Origin: Macrostomum lignano
Taxonomy: Eukaryota
DNA length: 64,000 nucleotides
Assembly: GCA_002269645.1 (NCBI GenBank)
Contig: NIVC01001413.1
Location: 186,001-250,000, forward strand
Direction of reading: 5' to 3'
The notes under the pieces are model-generated. The model saw only the letters and a list, made by a program, of their open reading frames with translations. It was not told where the DNA came from and did no database searches. Below are positions 1 through 14,400 of the stretch, in pieces (the first letter of the stretch is position 1; each line of letters opens with the position of its first letter). The translations under genes were made by a program, and so were the position numbers.

Positions 1-705
1 ATTGGTATAGCCAGTGCATTTAGTATGGGGTCGCTATATCGCATAGCGCTGAATGGGGTTCTGCCATAGACAATGCGATTTGAGTTGCGACAAATTATAC
101 GTTCCTAACCGTGCCACCAGCCCTTTTTCTGTATACATTCTCCTCCTTTTCCCAGTGTGGCTATGGAAAATGTTTGTCAACTGATGAAAATCATTTCGAG
201 CAATAAAATAGAAAAACTGAATTGAACATTTGAATTATATTGATCTATCGAAAGTATCAATGGTTTTTTGACGCATGTTATTATTTGCTAAAGTTAATCA
301 ACCGTTAAATCCTTTAATAGCGATTTAAATATTTAAAGCGAAGACGTACCCAATTTTTTGTTAAAATGACATAACTTACTCCAGCTAATTTTTAAACAAT
401 TACGTATATTTATTTTCTGAACGAGAGAGATTTTTTCGTTAGTAAAAAGTCTTATTTATCCCTTGTAGTAGATAAAGCGAGAATATTGTGTACTTTGAAA
501 CTGACAAAGCTATAAGACATAAACAAAAACCAAAAGAATTTGAAGAAAAGTGTTTTTTTAACGGCTTTGGACACAGAGACGTCAGAGCAACGTTTATTAA
601 TGTGTCAGTAGCCTCACTATTAACCAATGAATAACCTTTGACTGCGGGAGCTGTTCCCGCTTGCATATTATTTCTGTGGCTGTCTGGTGCACCTTTATTA
701 GCTGC

Positions 706-955
706 CTGATGCCCCCTCTGTAGCTAAGCTGATGCCCCCTCTGTAGCTAAGCTGATGCCCCCTCTGTAGCTAAGCTGATGCCCCCTCTGTAGCTAAGCTG
801 ATGCCCCCTCTGTAGCTAAGCTGATGCCCCCTCTGTAGCTAAGCTGATGCCCCCTCTGTAGCTAAGCTGATGCCCCCTCTGTAGCTAAGCTGATGCCCCC
901 TCTGTAGCTAAGCTGATGCCCCCTCTGTAGCTAAGCTGATGCCCCCTCTGTAGCT
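706..955. repeat. 23-bp minisatellite (GCTGATGCCCCCTCTGTAGCTAA), about 11 copies
   Basis: Near-perfect tandem units just downstream of the GPCR stop codon. Confidence 0.97.
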
Positions 956-1050
956 GTCGCCCGTCCCATCTTGCAAATCATCAGTGAGGAAAAGTCTCAA
1001 AGAAAGTGAGAGAGGAGAATTCTCGTAGATCCCAACTTCAGTTTCACAGT

Positions 1051-4000
1051 TCATTCCAGCGTCACGACGGGCTCCGGCTCCGGAACGGCTGTTTGCTTTG
1101 GAGCGGCGCCGGTGTTCGCTGTTCCACCGTTGCCAGCCAATCGATTGCGACATCGGCCGAACAGGCAACACAGCTCGCGTCGGAAATTCTCATTCAGCAG
1201 GCCGTACAGCAGCGGGTGAGCGCAGGCGGCAACGTGCACTGACAGCAGGCAGAGACCCTGGGCTGCCGTCGTTGACAGAAGGGACTCGTCCGATGCATCC
1301 GACTGGGGATCGTTTGCCAGCAGAGGGTCGGACACCTGCGACCGGGGTTATTAACGAAGTTGATTTATTAGTTAACTACCTGTGAAATTTCAAGCTTATG
1401 TGAAGTTTTGGTATGAAAATTTTGAATATACTTACACCAAGGCTTTGACCTTGTACAGTCGCTATTTTAATTTTTCAAGGAAAATTTGCTTTAAACCAAA
1501 AAGCATTCGCCCTGGAAGTCAACTATCTAACCTAAGATATCAGCATCCCTATGAGCTTCGGTTCAAAGCAGCCGAGCAACCTCCCCCCCCCATGAGACTT
1601 GACATTTCAGCAATTCGCCTAATAAGCCAGCGATCGGTAGCGGGCAGCTGCATGCGCCCATCATCTCTTGTTTTCTATAAAACTAAATATTCTAAATCTT
1701 TATTAAATGCGACTTTGAGAACATCTTTTAAGATTCGCAAAGCTATAGTTGAATCCGACGCAAGATGGCGCATTGATGGACATTGCAACTGCAGCCCGCC
1801 ATCCAGCAAGCCTCAGAGCAGCTTCAGACACTGGTGTTAGACCCCATCGGGACTGCTCACCGGCTACGGACACGAATGCTGCAGTGGAATTACGGATCAG
1901 CTGGGAGCGACCCACTCGCGTATTGACGTGACGGTGTAGGGCTCCTGTTCGGTGGCGGGACGTGTCTTCATTTCATGCCTTCATGTCTTCATGCCATGTT
2001 GCAGCCAGACTGTTCCCGTAGGTCCAATAACCAGGTGACCCAGCTGGGCAGTCAATAATAACAACAACAACAACAACAAAAATGCAACTTCAGACACCTT
2101 GATATCAGACTAATATTTCAATCCACGCTAACAAAAATCCAGCTAGCATTAACAAACCTGTTTGCCTTCGTTCAGTCGCCAGAGCCGCACGTCCTGCGTC
2201 AGATTGAATATGGACAGCGGCAGCCAAGCCAACCCGAACAGCGTCGCCACGCCCGCTAGCAAAGCGTTCGCTCGCCTCTGTCGCCGTTTCTCCTGGCGCC
2301 GCCTCAAAGGCCCGAGCACGGCCAGACGGCGGGCCAGACGGGCGCGAACCAGAGCGGCGGTGAACAGCAGAGCCGCCAGCGGCAGAGCGTACTGAACGCA
2401 CAGACAGGCACCACTGTAGGCCACTTTGAGCTCGCGAATCAGACTCCCAGAGGTTGCTTCACCGCAGGCTAGGCCAGATGTACTAGCGCCCTGGTCAAGC
2501 CGCAACAGGTCCCTGGTGAGTTCGCTAAATAGCAGTGCGGGACTGGCGGCTGTCAGAGCGGCCAGCCAGATTGCCGCGATGGCAATGCGACTGCCGCGAG
2601 CGGCCGGGCCGAAGGCTGATACGGGCCGAAGCACCGCCTGGAAAAGGAAGTGCATCGCGAGACAATTACATGTAGAATTAGTCGCTTCGCAGTTTAGCAG
2701 TACTTTCAAGACACTTGATAACACTGCATTGTAACACGATTCAGCCAAAATCTGTCCAGAGAAGAAGATCGCGCTGCTATGTACACAGCTGCCATTACAT
2801 GTAACTGTTAGCTGAGGTATTTGATTGGATGATGTTATGACAGCCTGCACTGCTTCAGTAAAAAGAATTGAATTGCACAGACTTTGAGCGGGATTCAGGC
2901 TGACAATATTTTTAGCAAAATTTCGATCGCACTGCATAGCCGTGTCATCGGATTTCATTACTCAAATTTCATCAATCTAGCAAAGTAGATGGCAGATTCA
3001 TAGCAGAAGCTTATTTTGATGAAAATGGGATTCATTCTAAATGGCATGCTTTCTAGTGGCTTTGACACTGCCGAGTTTTGGGAGAAATGGCCCAGACACA
3101 GCTCTATTCTTTCTAGATTTTCGACGGTTTTACCTGTATCACCGATAGAAGTTCTAAGGAGCGTACACCATCTGTTTAGTCCAATTTCGTGCACACCCAT
3201 GTAAAAATTTGTTATGCACTTACAGAATAGTAAATCGAAGGCAGCATAAGAGCGAATCGATGACGCACAGCCCCTGATGACGTCATCGATAACGCCGCAA
3301 CACCTTGATCGTGTTAACACCGTATTTGAACTGTTCAAAATTATTCCAACTAATCTGGACTAGAAAGCTACAAAATGAATTGTGAATATTATCATTAATT
3401 ATTAAAAGAGTTGCGATCATGACAAAGTCGTCCCACGGGATGTCCGGGCCCGGGATTAATGCGCTTCTTTAGTTAGTTTGCCAGAACCATGCAGATTGAG
3501 AGCCAGATTTTCACAATAAATAGTTCCTCTGCTACTTTGATTCAGTATTAAATTTATACCCGAATAAAAACGTGAGTTTTCAATGCATGCACTGCATCGA
3601 AATCCAAGTTATGATCGTGAATAGCTTTCAGAGAACACTTCTATTCAAGCTATACGCTACTGTACAAAGTGCCGCAAAAGTAGGGATTTAATCGAATAGT
3701 TTAGGAACTCGATGTAGTCTGGGTCAATAATTTGTGCTGTCAGTCAGCTACGCTCGTTATCATTCGTGCATAGCTAATAGCTTTCAATAAACTTTTGGTT
3801 TTCGATTCCTCGAATCTTTTCATCCCCTTGTAGTGTTACTCAACATCACGTTGCGACACATTGTGCGTCATCGCGTCCTAATTAGCATACTTATCAATTG
3901 CACTTACCCGGCACCTGTCGATAGCAATAGCTGTAATCGTGAAGGTTGACACGAACAAATTCACTCCGGGCAAAGCGTTAACGACTTTGCATAAAACCAG

Positions 4001-4480
4001 GCCAGATGTCCAGCTGTGATGCGGAAAAAATAGTCGACGAATATTACAAGGCTGCGTAAGAACGCACAGCAAAAAATCGGATGCGGCCAAATTAGTCACG
4101 AGCCAGTCTGTCGCGCTCAGAGCAGTGAAAGGTGACTGACGAAGTTCGCTTTTCAGACGTCTTCGACGCAGAAAAGCGACCAGAAGCAGCAGAGCGTTGC
4201 CAAGAGCGCCAAAAATAACTAAGCACCCGAGCACCACCAGTAGAGGTCGGAGACTGTGCAACTCTCTGAGTAGATCTCCGGCCGTCTCTGCCATTAGACT
4301 GCGAATTTCATTGGCTTCAGCCGTGTGGTTTAGACACTGGTAGAGCCGCAGCAGCCGTGTGGGGTCCATGCCATCTTCACCGACTCGCGAATCCGGTGTC
4401 CCGAGAATGCGTAAGCACGATGTCTTGTTCATGTTCAACGCTTGCACGGCTATCATGCTGAAAACCGACGAAATGATCAT
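1051..4480 (-). CDS. Rhodopsin-family neuropeptide GPCR (NPY/NPF/PrRP receptor-like), 3 exons, about 445 aa
   Basis: Exons 4480-3908, 2637-2158 and 1335-1051 join at GT-AG sites in phase 0/0. Motifs: TM1 GALGN, TM2 NLAASD, TM3 CKVVNALPGVNLFVSTFTITAIAIDRC, TM6 LAWLPLSIFN, TM7 HPLLYGLLNENFRREL. The exact start ATG is uncertain. Confidence 0.9.
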
Positions 4481-6704
4481 AATGCCTAGATATGCAGCTT
4501 GAGTCTTTGTAAATACGACTCGTGTATTCTGCTCATCCGTAAGTTACAATGATGGAATCAAACAGAGTGTTACTATAGCAATTGCAGGAGGATTGTGGGC
4601 ACATCTATAGTCTTACAACCAACCTCTGATGGCAATTCTGCCCATTCACAGTCCCTGTGCCTTGGAGGTTGGCCCACATTTCATGGGTATGACTCGCACG
4701 ACAATCTCCCGACCGATTTTTTGTACAAAACCCCCAAAATGAATGAGCTTACACTGAAATTGTCCAGATGAAACTGAATAATGAAAGTCGTATCTATTGA
4801 TGTAATTTTGAGATAACAAAATCTAACCATGTCTGAGTTCACGGAGGACTTCTTAAATAAGATGATGAGTGCGCATCTCTGCATCCTATAGCAGAGCTGC
4901 ATTAGCACTTGGGTGCTTTGCTATGGCCATGCAACCTTTTGCAGCAGAACCAATCACTGATTTCTCCCTATCTGCCGATGATTTCCCAGCTCAATAGTCA
5001 ACTCATCATTCACATTGTCGAATAATATACTGAAGAATTTCGATTAAGAAATGCAAAAATCTCAGGAAAACTATAACTTTCCGTGATTCAATCAAAATAG
5101 AAAGCATGATGGCTGCACATCACCTGATCAAAAAAGTTCGTCTATGAGCGTTTGCTCGTTAAGTTAAAATTTGCAATCATTATTTTTGAAAGAGACGCCC
5201 CGAGTGACTCAATACCAACGGATCCATATATTTATTAACACTAGAGCCGCAAAACTAACTCAGACTAGCGAAGGTGTTCATGAGTAATTACTCGCTCGAT
5301 CAGAGGTCCTTTAAGTCATGAACTTCCTTTAATCACAATGCATCAATAGTTTTAGAACCGCGCCTTTTGGGTCCTAATTGCAGGAAGGAGGAATCTAAGA
5401 AGTCGAGTTTTAATGTACTTTTGCCGTACATAGCGTCATGACTCTTGAGTGTTACTTGCGGGGATGCAAAAATACAGACTTGCTAATTGAAACTGGGGAA
5501 TTTCCTTGATGTCTTGTCAGTTTGATTCACTTCTGCTAAAATTAACAAACTATTTGAAATTAAAAGAGATTGGGAATTTTCCATTTAGCTAATTATCATG
5601 TATAAAAAAATCATTCTAGCATCCAGTTCAAGGGCAGGGCGGATATTACTCTCAATTCTTTCCCACTTCTTTTTATCTCAATATTGAAATTACATTGAGC
5701 CGATCGAAATCTTATTTGATGAGAATTATTTAATAAATCTCCGGGAAAGGAAGTCAATAGGCAGACCAGCATGTTGTATGCTCGTACAGTCCTTAAGGAG
5801 CTGCAAAAGCTTATTCTTTGAATTCGGATATTGTAATAAATGATGGCTGCTTATTGCTGACTGACTGAAGTGTTACCTGCAACACTCTGAAACCACTCTG
5901 CAGCGATGCAGTAACAAGGACACTAATTTCAAAGCAAGCAAAACGCAAAATATTACGAGAAAAAATTATTCAAAATCAAAAGACGATAATATAGGGCAAA
6001 AGTTCACCATTATATTACTTGATTATGTATAGCAAAAAAAAAGAAAATAAGATAATAGAGGCTAGATGACAATGGAATCATTTTCAGGAAATAGTTTTCA
6101 TCGTATCGACTTTTTAAAGTTGTACTGATTTTCACATTTTAAATTTTGAAGATTGAATTAAATCAATTTTTCTGCAATAAGACGATTTGAACTTTTGATC
6201 GAGCTTGTGAATCGTCCGCCCCCAAATTCCCTCCTTCCTCCAGTCAAAGCCGGGGGGGGGGGGTGGCTCGACAGGATTGGAGTGGAATATTCTATTGCAT
6301 AAGGGCCCACGCATTCGAGAAATTTCCTCAGAAAAATATTTCCCATCCAATTCCACGTGTCGTTAAACGTGTCGGAAAATTCCACCTTCCGAAGCATGGC
6401 ATTTAAGCATTAAATGCAGCTACCCGTATTTTTCGTTTTCTCCGTAAATGTCCTTGGTCCGTATATGAACTGAATTAAAGTTCGTTGAGACCTTACACAA
6501 TAGAGTGCTAGACTAAAAGTTAGTTACAAAAGAGACAACTTTATAAAAAACTTCTTTAAACAGGAATGTCTCTCAATCATTCATTTTCATTATGTTTGAA
6601 TAGTACAGAAAAAAGCAGCAGCTACTTAATAAATTTTTTGATTTCATTAATTCAAAATTCGATTCATCTAAATTACCAGTTTTGACGCTGAAAAGCCAAT
6701 GATT

Positions 6705-6915
6705 AAGGGAGAGATGCTGAGATGCCAATGATCAAGGGAGAGATGCTGAGATGCCAATGATCAAGGGAGAGATGCTGAGAGGCCAATGATCAAGGGAGAG
6801 ATGCTGAGATGCCAATGATCTAGGGAGAGATGCTAAGATGCAACAACGATCAAGGGAGAGATGCTGAGATCCTAATGATCAATGGGAGAGATGTTGAGAT
6901 GCCAAGGGAAGACGC
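6705..6915. repeat. 29-bp minisatellite (GAGATGCTGAGATGCCAATGATCAAGGGA), about 7 degenerate copies
   Basis: Tandem units read directly; they decay toward the right. Confidence 0.9.
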
Positions 6916-8175
6916 TGAGCTGCAAACGCTGGAAAAAAATAAGCTATAAGATGCTGGTCAAGAAATAATCGCCAAGATTTCAAAGCTCACGAGAGGATTT
7001 GCTAAGATTAATGTGTTCAAAGGAGAATTCTGAAACGCAAAGACTCGAAGGGGAATACATATTGTTATCAGGCGTAAAGAGTTTGATATTTGGGCTACTC
7101 GATATTCTGCTTTAAACATCCTCATCTCTCATGTACACGGCTTTTACATGCTGAGTTTCCTGACAGTGTGTATTCCTTCCTTTGCTCTTTACGATAAAAT
7201 TGGATACGGTAATATCTGACTCGACGAAATTCGATATAGAATTGCAAGATAATAATGTCTATAGAAAATCAGCTTACCCTATAGAAAGAGTTTTACAACT
7301 TAGGGTCAACGAGTTCGGGAAAAGATTTAATTGGAAAAACTTCCAATGCATTTTATTGCTAAGAAATTCTTTAAAGTCATTTTTCCATCCGTGTTTATAC
7401 CGATTGGGGAAGGCAAACTTTGTAGTACCATCGATATAAGCTTTGGCTCTAATAAATATTTTTGTTTAAAATAAAAACCAGACTGTTTATATTCGGGTTG
7501 ACCTCATTAAAACGAGTAGTTCTCATTACCACTCTCATCAAGAAAAGAAAGAAAATAAGCACTGTATGAGCAATTTTTCTGATTGCATTTAATCAGATAT
7601 TAAATAAACCAATTTAGTCTTTCAATGCCTATCGTTATGATTAGATCTTTTAGGAGAATGTTTCAGGACAATGTTTATTGTAATGCGTCATTCCAAAAAT
7701 AACTACTTAAAGTAAATATGCTTGAAAAAGATTTTTATTATTTAAAATCCAAATCGGCTTTGACCTCTTTGACCTCTTTGAAAGGTAGAAATAGTATACA
7801 TTAACGTTTTTGCAAACATAGGAGCTATCGCTAGTTAATCATTGGTTTTTCACGTCAGTTAGGGTAGGATATGTGATATTTAAACAATTAAGTAGCAGAT
7901 CGAGCAAAATTCAAAATAAATTTTGACGCACCTTCGAGAAATATTTACTGTATAGTCATGTGATTATTTATCATCCACATAGATTAGATATGCATACATT
8001 TAAGAAAGTCGAGTCGCTCGATTCTGGCACAAGTTGACAGCTAAGCGTGTTGATCCTCCGAAATTTGATCTGTTTGATCGCAGGTGGATCACTGCTTGGC
8101 TTTTTCTTTCTGAAAATTAAAATAAACAACTTGTGATTGATTTTTGCGTTACTATAAGCAAGAGATTCTGTTGAT

Positions 8176-8465
8176 GTCGCTCTGATATGCCAGCGGCCCA
8201 GGCTCGATTCCAAGTGCAGTCACATTAATTCGAGGCTAAATTGGAATCTCGGCTTGGCTCTACTCGTGAGACTAACGTCTTTGAGGGCCAACCCCCAAGG
8301 CACAGTGAAGTGTACATGCCTAACGATAAATAAAGTTAGGGCCGATGTACACTCCTGTGTGAGTGTGTGCCTGCTCAATGGAGTCGGCGGAATGGGCAGT
8401 AATGCCTCTCGATGTTTGTGTCACGATGCCACACCTCAATGCACACAGCCCCTGCCTCTAAAAAT
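8176..8465 (+). mobile_element. tRNA-derived SINE, family A (5'-eroded copy)
   Basis: B-box-like GGCTCGATTCC plus a body shared with five other copies in the window. Confidence 0.85.
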
Positions 8466-8600
8466 CTTTAACAGCTTAAGGTCAATTCGACTGGAAGCAC
8501 CAATTACGTCCAATTCATGCATATTCCTTGGGGCTCCCTGGGATAATGGGGATAACAACAAGGATTTCGTATGAACTGAAGACTGCAGAATGGTCTTTAT

Positions 8601-9920
8601 GGGAGTACGATATTTGCTAGCAGGAAATCTGCTAGCCTAAATCTGCTAGCCGAAATCTGCTAGCCGAAATCTGCTAGCTGAAATCTGCTAGCCTAAATCT
8701 GCTAGCCGAAATCTGCTAGCCTAAATCTGCTAGCCGAAATTTTCTAGCCGAAGTTTGCCAGCCGAAGCTTGCTAGCAGGAAATCTGCTAGCGGGAATTTG
8801 CTGACCGAACTTCTTGGCACCGGTGTCAAAAGATTGCTTGTTTTCTGGCAATGGTAATGCGTAGTTTTGGCTAAAAAATTCAGAGAAGTGGGTAAAAAAT
8901 CCCAAATATTTTATAACTAAAAGCATCAGCATCAGTTCAAGTGCTTAGAAAGTCAGTTTGTCATTGTGGGGGACAGAATACTCTCAAGTCGCAATCAGAT
9001 AGCTCGTAGTAGGACAGCAGTTGAATTCCTTACTAAACTGTCATGGCTTAACGTTAGCAGAGAAGGCTATAAAAAGTTATTCCAAAACACTGTACATTTG
9101 CTAGGTACATTGAGCCCTATCACCTGATCCTTGGTCTGGGGGAATGAGTTGGATGAGTCCAATGAGCGGCACAACAGAAAAAGTAGACAAAATTCACTTG
9201 CCTACAGTTTCTGTCCTGATTGAGGTACAAAGTTGAGACTATACTTTGTATTTAGACAAAGAATGACTCAATGAAGAATTGTATCAAGTTTGAAGTCAAT
9301 CGCTGTACGTGGAGCAAACTTATGGCAGCTGAAAGTTAGTCAATTTTAAACCCCTTTCACACATCTGTCCAGTGGCCAGGGAGAGAGGCGGAGGTTGGGG
9401 TGGCTGTCTCGCTGACGAAAAGCAGACTAACTTTAAAAGTACACAGTGCCGTTCAGAATTAACTTCGAGACTCGAAACTTTACACGATTGTGTCCAAATA
9501 GTTGAAAATGGATTGTGTCCAATTTGAAGAGGATTCGTAAAAGTGGAGCGACGCTATAGAGGATTTAGTGAAATTCTTGCGAAACTGGACAAGCAAATTG
9601 TCTCAAAGCTAATTACAACTTTCCGAGTTCGACTAGCCAAATTGCTGCTTGCCGGTTTTGGTTGGATTCTCGTTAGCAGATTTCGGCTAGCTAAATACTC
9701 GCTAGCAAAATTCCTGCTAGCAAGCTTCGGCTGGCAAACTTTGGCTAGCAAACCTCGGCTAGCAGATTTCGGCTAGCAGGTTTCGGCTAGCAGATTTCGG
9801 CTAGCAGGTTTCGGCTAGCAGATTTCGGCTAGCAGATTTCAGCTAGCAGATTTCGGCAAGCAAATTTCTCGCTAGCAAACTTCGACCATCAGATTTCTTG
9901 CTAGCAAATTTCATAGACCC
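8601..9920. mobile_element. Non-autonomous Foldback/Mutator-like DNA element, about 1.3 kb
   Basis: Inverted arms (8601-8800 and 9690-9920) built of 14-bp GCTAGC-containing subrepeats, with GGG termini. Degenerate 9-bp TSD GGTCTTTAT (8592-8600) / GGTTTTTAC (9921-9929). Absent from the paralogous site at about 17640. Confidence 0.8.
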
Positions 9921-9959
9921 GGTTTTTACATCTCTTTCACTAACAATATAACCTCTCAC

Positions 9960-11418
9960 CTCTTTAGAATTCCCAGACAGAGCGATAGCCAAGATCCCTG
10001 CGGCTGCAGTGGCAATTCCAACTCCAACTGCAGCTCCCAGGGCTCCTTTTTCCTGCCATGTCATGCCGTCCTCATCCGGGCTGGCCTTGGCTCGAATCCG
10101 ATGCGTGCCGTTCCAGCAGTTGTCAGTGAACAGTCCGTAGTCGCTGCCGCACGAGTCGAACAGGTCCTTCAGAGTGACGCCGGGATCGACCTTGCCAACC
10201 TGCCGGATCAGTTCCCAATCGCGAATGTCTCGTCGAATGATTTTAACGATTCGGCATTCGCCTTCGCGGTATCTGGCCCGATAGCTGATGTCGTCGTTCG
10301 GACCACCTGGAGCCGGAGGTGTTACAGCAATAAATTTTAACAATGAGCACTAGAATTTGCCCTGGTAACGGGAGGTACACTCGTATTACCAGCGTTCTAT
10401 GAAGTTTTTTGGAAGGTCGAATCCCTACGAGATAAGACATTCCAGTTTTTTAATACCAAACTGTCAATATCTAATTGTCAAGGCTTCAGTTATACATCTA
10501 CATGCTTCTATATGCTTGTTGAGTTCATTTTTAAACTTCTGGAAGTAGGAAAAGCGAAAGTTCTGTGTGCACTCTAAATGCATTTTTGCAACAATGCACT
10601 GCATCGCTTAAAAACTAATCATCAAAGAGCGTTAACGGTTCTCCATTTGTTGCGTTTTTCATACTACTATAGCAGTTTCCTCAATTTTGAGTTGATGAAC
10701 TTACAGAGTCGCTTTGAACCAAGCAAATGCCGAATTCGGCTGTCAAATTACTGTTCATCGAACGTGGGGTTTACCACCAGATAATCCATATTGAACTTCT
10801 GATTATCTTTTAACCTAAATTTTGATCTAGGTAGTGCTCCATATTGATTAGTTAAATGAGTTACACTCTCATCGATGTATCAGGGCTACATTTTGTAAGA
10901 CGGAAAGACCATATACATAAAAGTTAATATACAAGTTCATTATATGCTAGGTGTTTTGGGTCGCAAAATCCACCCGTACCGTAGATGTTAAGGATCAAGA
11001 CCTAGGATTATAACATTCCATTATTTTTTTATTAGTTGATTTTACCTGCTTTTTGGCAACTCTGTGCAAATATAGAATTCGTCATGACTCTAAATAAAGT
11101 TCAAAGAATAAAAGTTTAAACACGCATAAGGCCATAGCAAAAGCCAAATCAAATCAAGTATCAAACCGTGCAATCATCGTATATATGCGACGGAAATAAC
11201 GACGGATATGCTACCCGAAACTCACCCTTCTCAATCAGATAGAGCCCACCGTTCTTAGTAGTAACAACAGCCGCCTCGTGAACAAAGCCGTGAAGGGCAA
11301 CGGACTTGTTGCCCGCAGAATACAATGGTCGCTTGTAGATGCCAACTTTAATGACCACTTGGTCTAGGTCGATGCCGCAGTGCTTTCTACGAAGCTGTCG
11401 TTTCCGCTTGTCCGCCAT
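9960..11418 (-). CDS. Permuted NlpC/P60 (LRAT/PPPDE-like) His-Cys protein with C-terminal hydrophobic anchor, paralog 1 (about 180 aa)
   Basis: Exon 1 11418-11226 (MADKRKRQ...GFVHEAAVV...YLIEKG) joins in phase 1 to exon 2 10306-9960 (...DYGLFTDNCWNG...GALGAAVGVGIATAAAGILAIAL SGNSKE). A GTGAG follows; the true C-terminus is uncertain. Confidence 0.75.
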
Positions 11419-14400
11419 CGTCTAAGCAAAATCAAATTAATATTTTATGGTTTTCTTTGTCTCTGAAGATTGAGGTCGGAGAGCTTGATATGTTAGTCCA
11501 TGCTTTCCTGTAGTTAATATCGTTTGGAAATTGGCATAGAACTGGTGACTTGTTTTCATGGGGCGCTTTACAAATTTCCTATTAATTCTCTAGTTGGCTT
11601 CTTTAACGGACAATAGTAAAGCGGTATTAAAAGTTTAGGCATTGTGGCAAAGCGGCAGTAAAAAGTTGCTGACTATGTTAAATCGGCGGTAGCTATAGCG
11701 GTAGGTATACAACTCAAACTGTTTCTCAAGTGTCAATCCAGCTATGTATGCATCTAGCAGTTAAATCAAACTAACAAAGCAAAGAAACGGGGCCATCACA
11801 ATGCTAAGCTAGTGAGCTACTAATACTAACAAGTAGACAATCTACTCTTATTCGAAAAATATGGAAATAAAAAGACGGTAGATAAAGTAGAAACTGTGAA
11901 TTTGTATTTTTTTTAAACTACAGAATTTAAGCAACAATTAGCATAGTCACCAAATTTTACACTGCTAATGTAGATGATGCAGATAAAAAAGTTTTCAATA
12001 CGTACATCGTTTTCACTTGGGTGAGTGCATCCGGTACCACAATATTACGAGCTTATGCCGAGCACACATCCTTTGAAAAATATAGATTGGCTTTAGAGGC
12101 ATATTTACATGAGCGAGATGTTAATGTTGCTTAGTTGCAATCAGACTGTCACAACTCTAATATGGCAATGGAAAAATAAATTTATTTTTAAGGGAACTGT
12201 ACTGGTCATAATTTCGGTATTGCGCTGCTAAAACAACCGAGTCTGAGTGAATCTCTCACCACCGTTGCATCTGGGAATCTGTGCCAGACGTATAGTTGCC
12301 GCAGCCGCACTGCATTTATGTTTAGACTGATGTGGCTAACGTTCCATTTGGGTAACTGGTTGCGAAAGAACATGGCCAATGTTACCTTCTTCTTCTATTT
12401 CTTCGGGTCACGGACATTGTAGCTAGACGTAGCTAATAGGACCGGGTGCCTAGCACCATGCAGTCAGGGCGCTAACTCTGCGGGGGCTGTTGCTGCTGCT
12501 TTGAAATAGTCCCTGGCGATTCCCTATCTATCACCAGCGTATGTGCTTGCTTCAGCGGTCGCCGGAGCGGATGTGACATTTAGGACGGTGTAACTACGTC
12601 GTCGCTTTCGGACTCCTGCGGCGGCTGCGGCGGTGACGACGGCAGCTGCAGATTTAGTGGTGGCGGAGGCTCGCTAAAATATCATCTGATCGACAGTGGC
12701 TTGCACGACCGTTCGATTGTCAACCAACTCTGGCCGCCCGATATCCACACTGTCCTGTTTGGAGCTGAAAAGCATTTTTGGTCTACTGACGCTGGAACAA
12801 CCGAGAATCGATTTGGCGTGTTAAACAGCTGAACGTCGACACCACCGACATCCATTCACCTTGGCTGGTGCACAACACAAACTGTGAGTTGGCGACACTG
12901 ACGAAGTAGGTCATTGTAACCGTTTTGCCAGGTCAGCAGCGGCTCACTGAATGAGGTCGGCAAAGTTAAAACGCTATACGAGCCGTACACCTGACAGACT
13001 TCATTTTTTATGGCTTACCTATACCGCCGCGGGTAGCTGCATGCAAATTACGGGCGATTTCAGATGCATGCGGGTTGTGTTTAACATAGGCTAGCACGCA
13101 CTGAATGCATTTCATTTGTGCTTGCGCCCTGTTGCTGACTGTGCTAGAACTGTTGCTGGTAGCTCGAACCTCCACTGCGGTGGTCGTTTGGTCGGTTAAA
13201 CAAAAAACTGCTCGTTCAAAAAGTCTACATAGTTTGCCCCTTCCTTTCTTCCTTTCTAAAACTCACTTTTCATAAATAAAGCAGTAGCTCTGGTCAGGTA
13301 CGCCAGTGTAACATATGAAGGCCAAACGAGATGCAGCCCCAACTGTAACAAATTGAGCCATAGACGTTAGAGCAGATCGTAGTCCGATCGTAGCTACAAC
13401 GGTACACAATATTAGCTGTTTTTTCAACGCCAGAAGGCCCCAAAGAGAAATGGTCGGCGGTGGGCCTTCTCTACAGATAAACCTCAGATTTCCTTCTGCC
13501 TGGAAGGTGCACACACTGGTACCCATGTACATAATGTCGTCATAAAGCCTGAGAGCTGTACATTCAGGCTGCTGTGGTTGCTGTTGCTGCTGCTGTTACT
13601 ACAGCCATTCTTTAGCGGTGTGGTGGTGTTGTTGCTGTGGAAGAGGGTGGCGTTGTTGCTGTGGAAGAGGGTGGCTGGTTGGCGCTCGCACACGCCATAC
13701 AGATCGCCGCGCTGGGGACACTCTTAATTTCAATTTGGGTCCAGTTGCGCATGGCCTTCCAATCAAATCGCAACAGTTATGGAGTACTGCGATGCTAATA
13801 AATGCATGAAAGCTGGATGTCTTCTGACTGATATTGTTGTCGCTAGTCAGAAGAGTGTACTCAGTGCACGGCTCCATAATGTGGGTTCTGGATAGCGGGA
13901 AACTCGTTATTACTGGCGCCTATTTTTGTGTTATATTGAATCGTAGTATGCCGTTTTTTAGTTGTTTTAGTTGTTACTCTTGTTGTTGTTGTTGTTGTTG
14001 TTGGTATTGGTGTCTTTATTGTGATTCCGATTGAAGAAAATAGGCAATGACTTTTTTATTTTTTGAGGGAGAAATATACAAACTTGCATAGATTGCGATG
14101 GGGACAGGAGGACAGGTCCTAACCCCACTCACTGATCGCCGATTGAGTCGCTCAATTCGACAGCTTCAGGCAGACACGAGCATCATTTTCAGCGCTCCGG
14201 GCTGCTTCAAATACGACGCATGCCAGTTGCAGCACAGACATTCCACGGCATGCGCGACGATTGTCTGGCTTTTCACCAATGGAGGCATCCGTTGCATCGT
14301 CGGAATGGCAGTAGTATTCTGGGCCGTCCTATAGGAAGCGGCCGCAGCGCCTTCTTGAACAGCCGCCTGTCAACGACGTGAACAGAGGGAGCGACGGATG

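Noticed and set aside
1740-2045. GC-rich patch in GPCR intron 2 as an extra exon
   Set aside because: Exons 2 and 3 already join in frame; no phase-compatible splice pair or recognisable motif.
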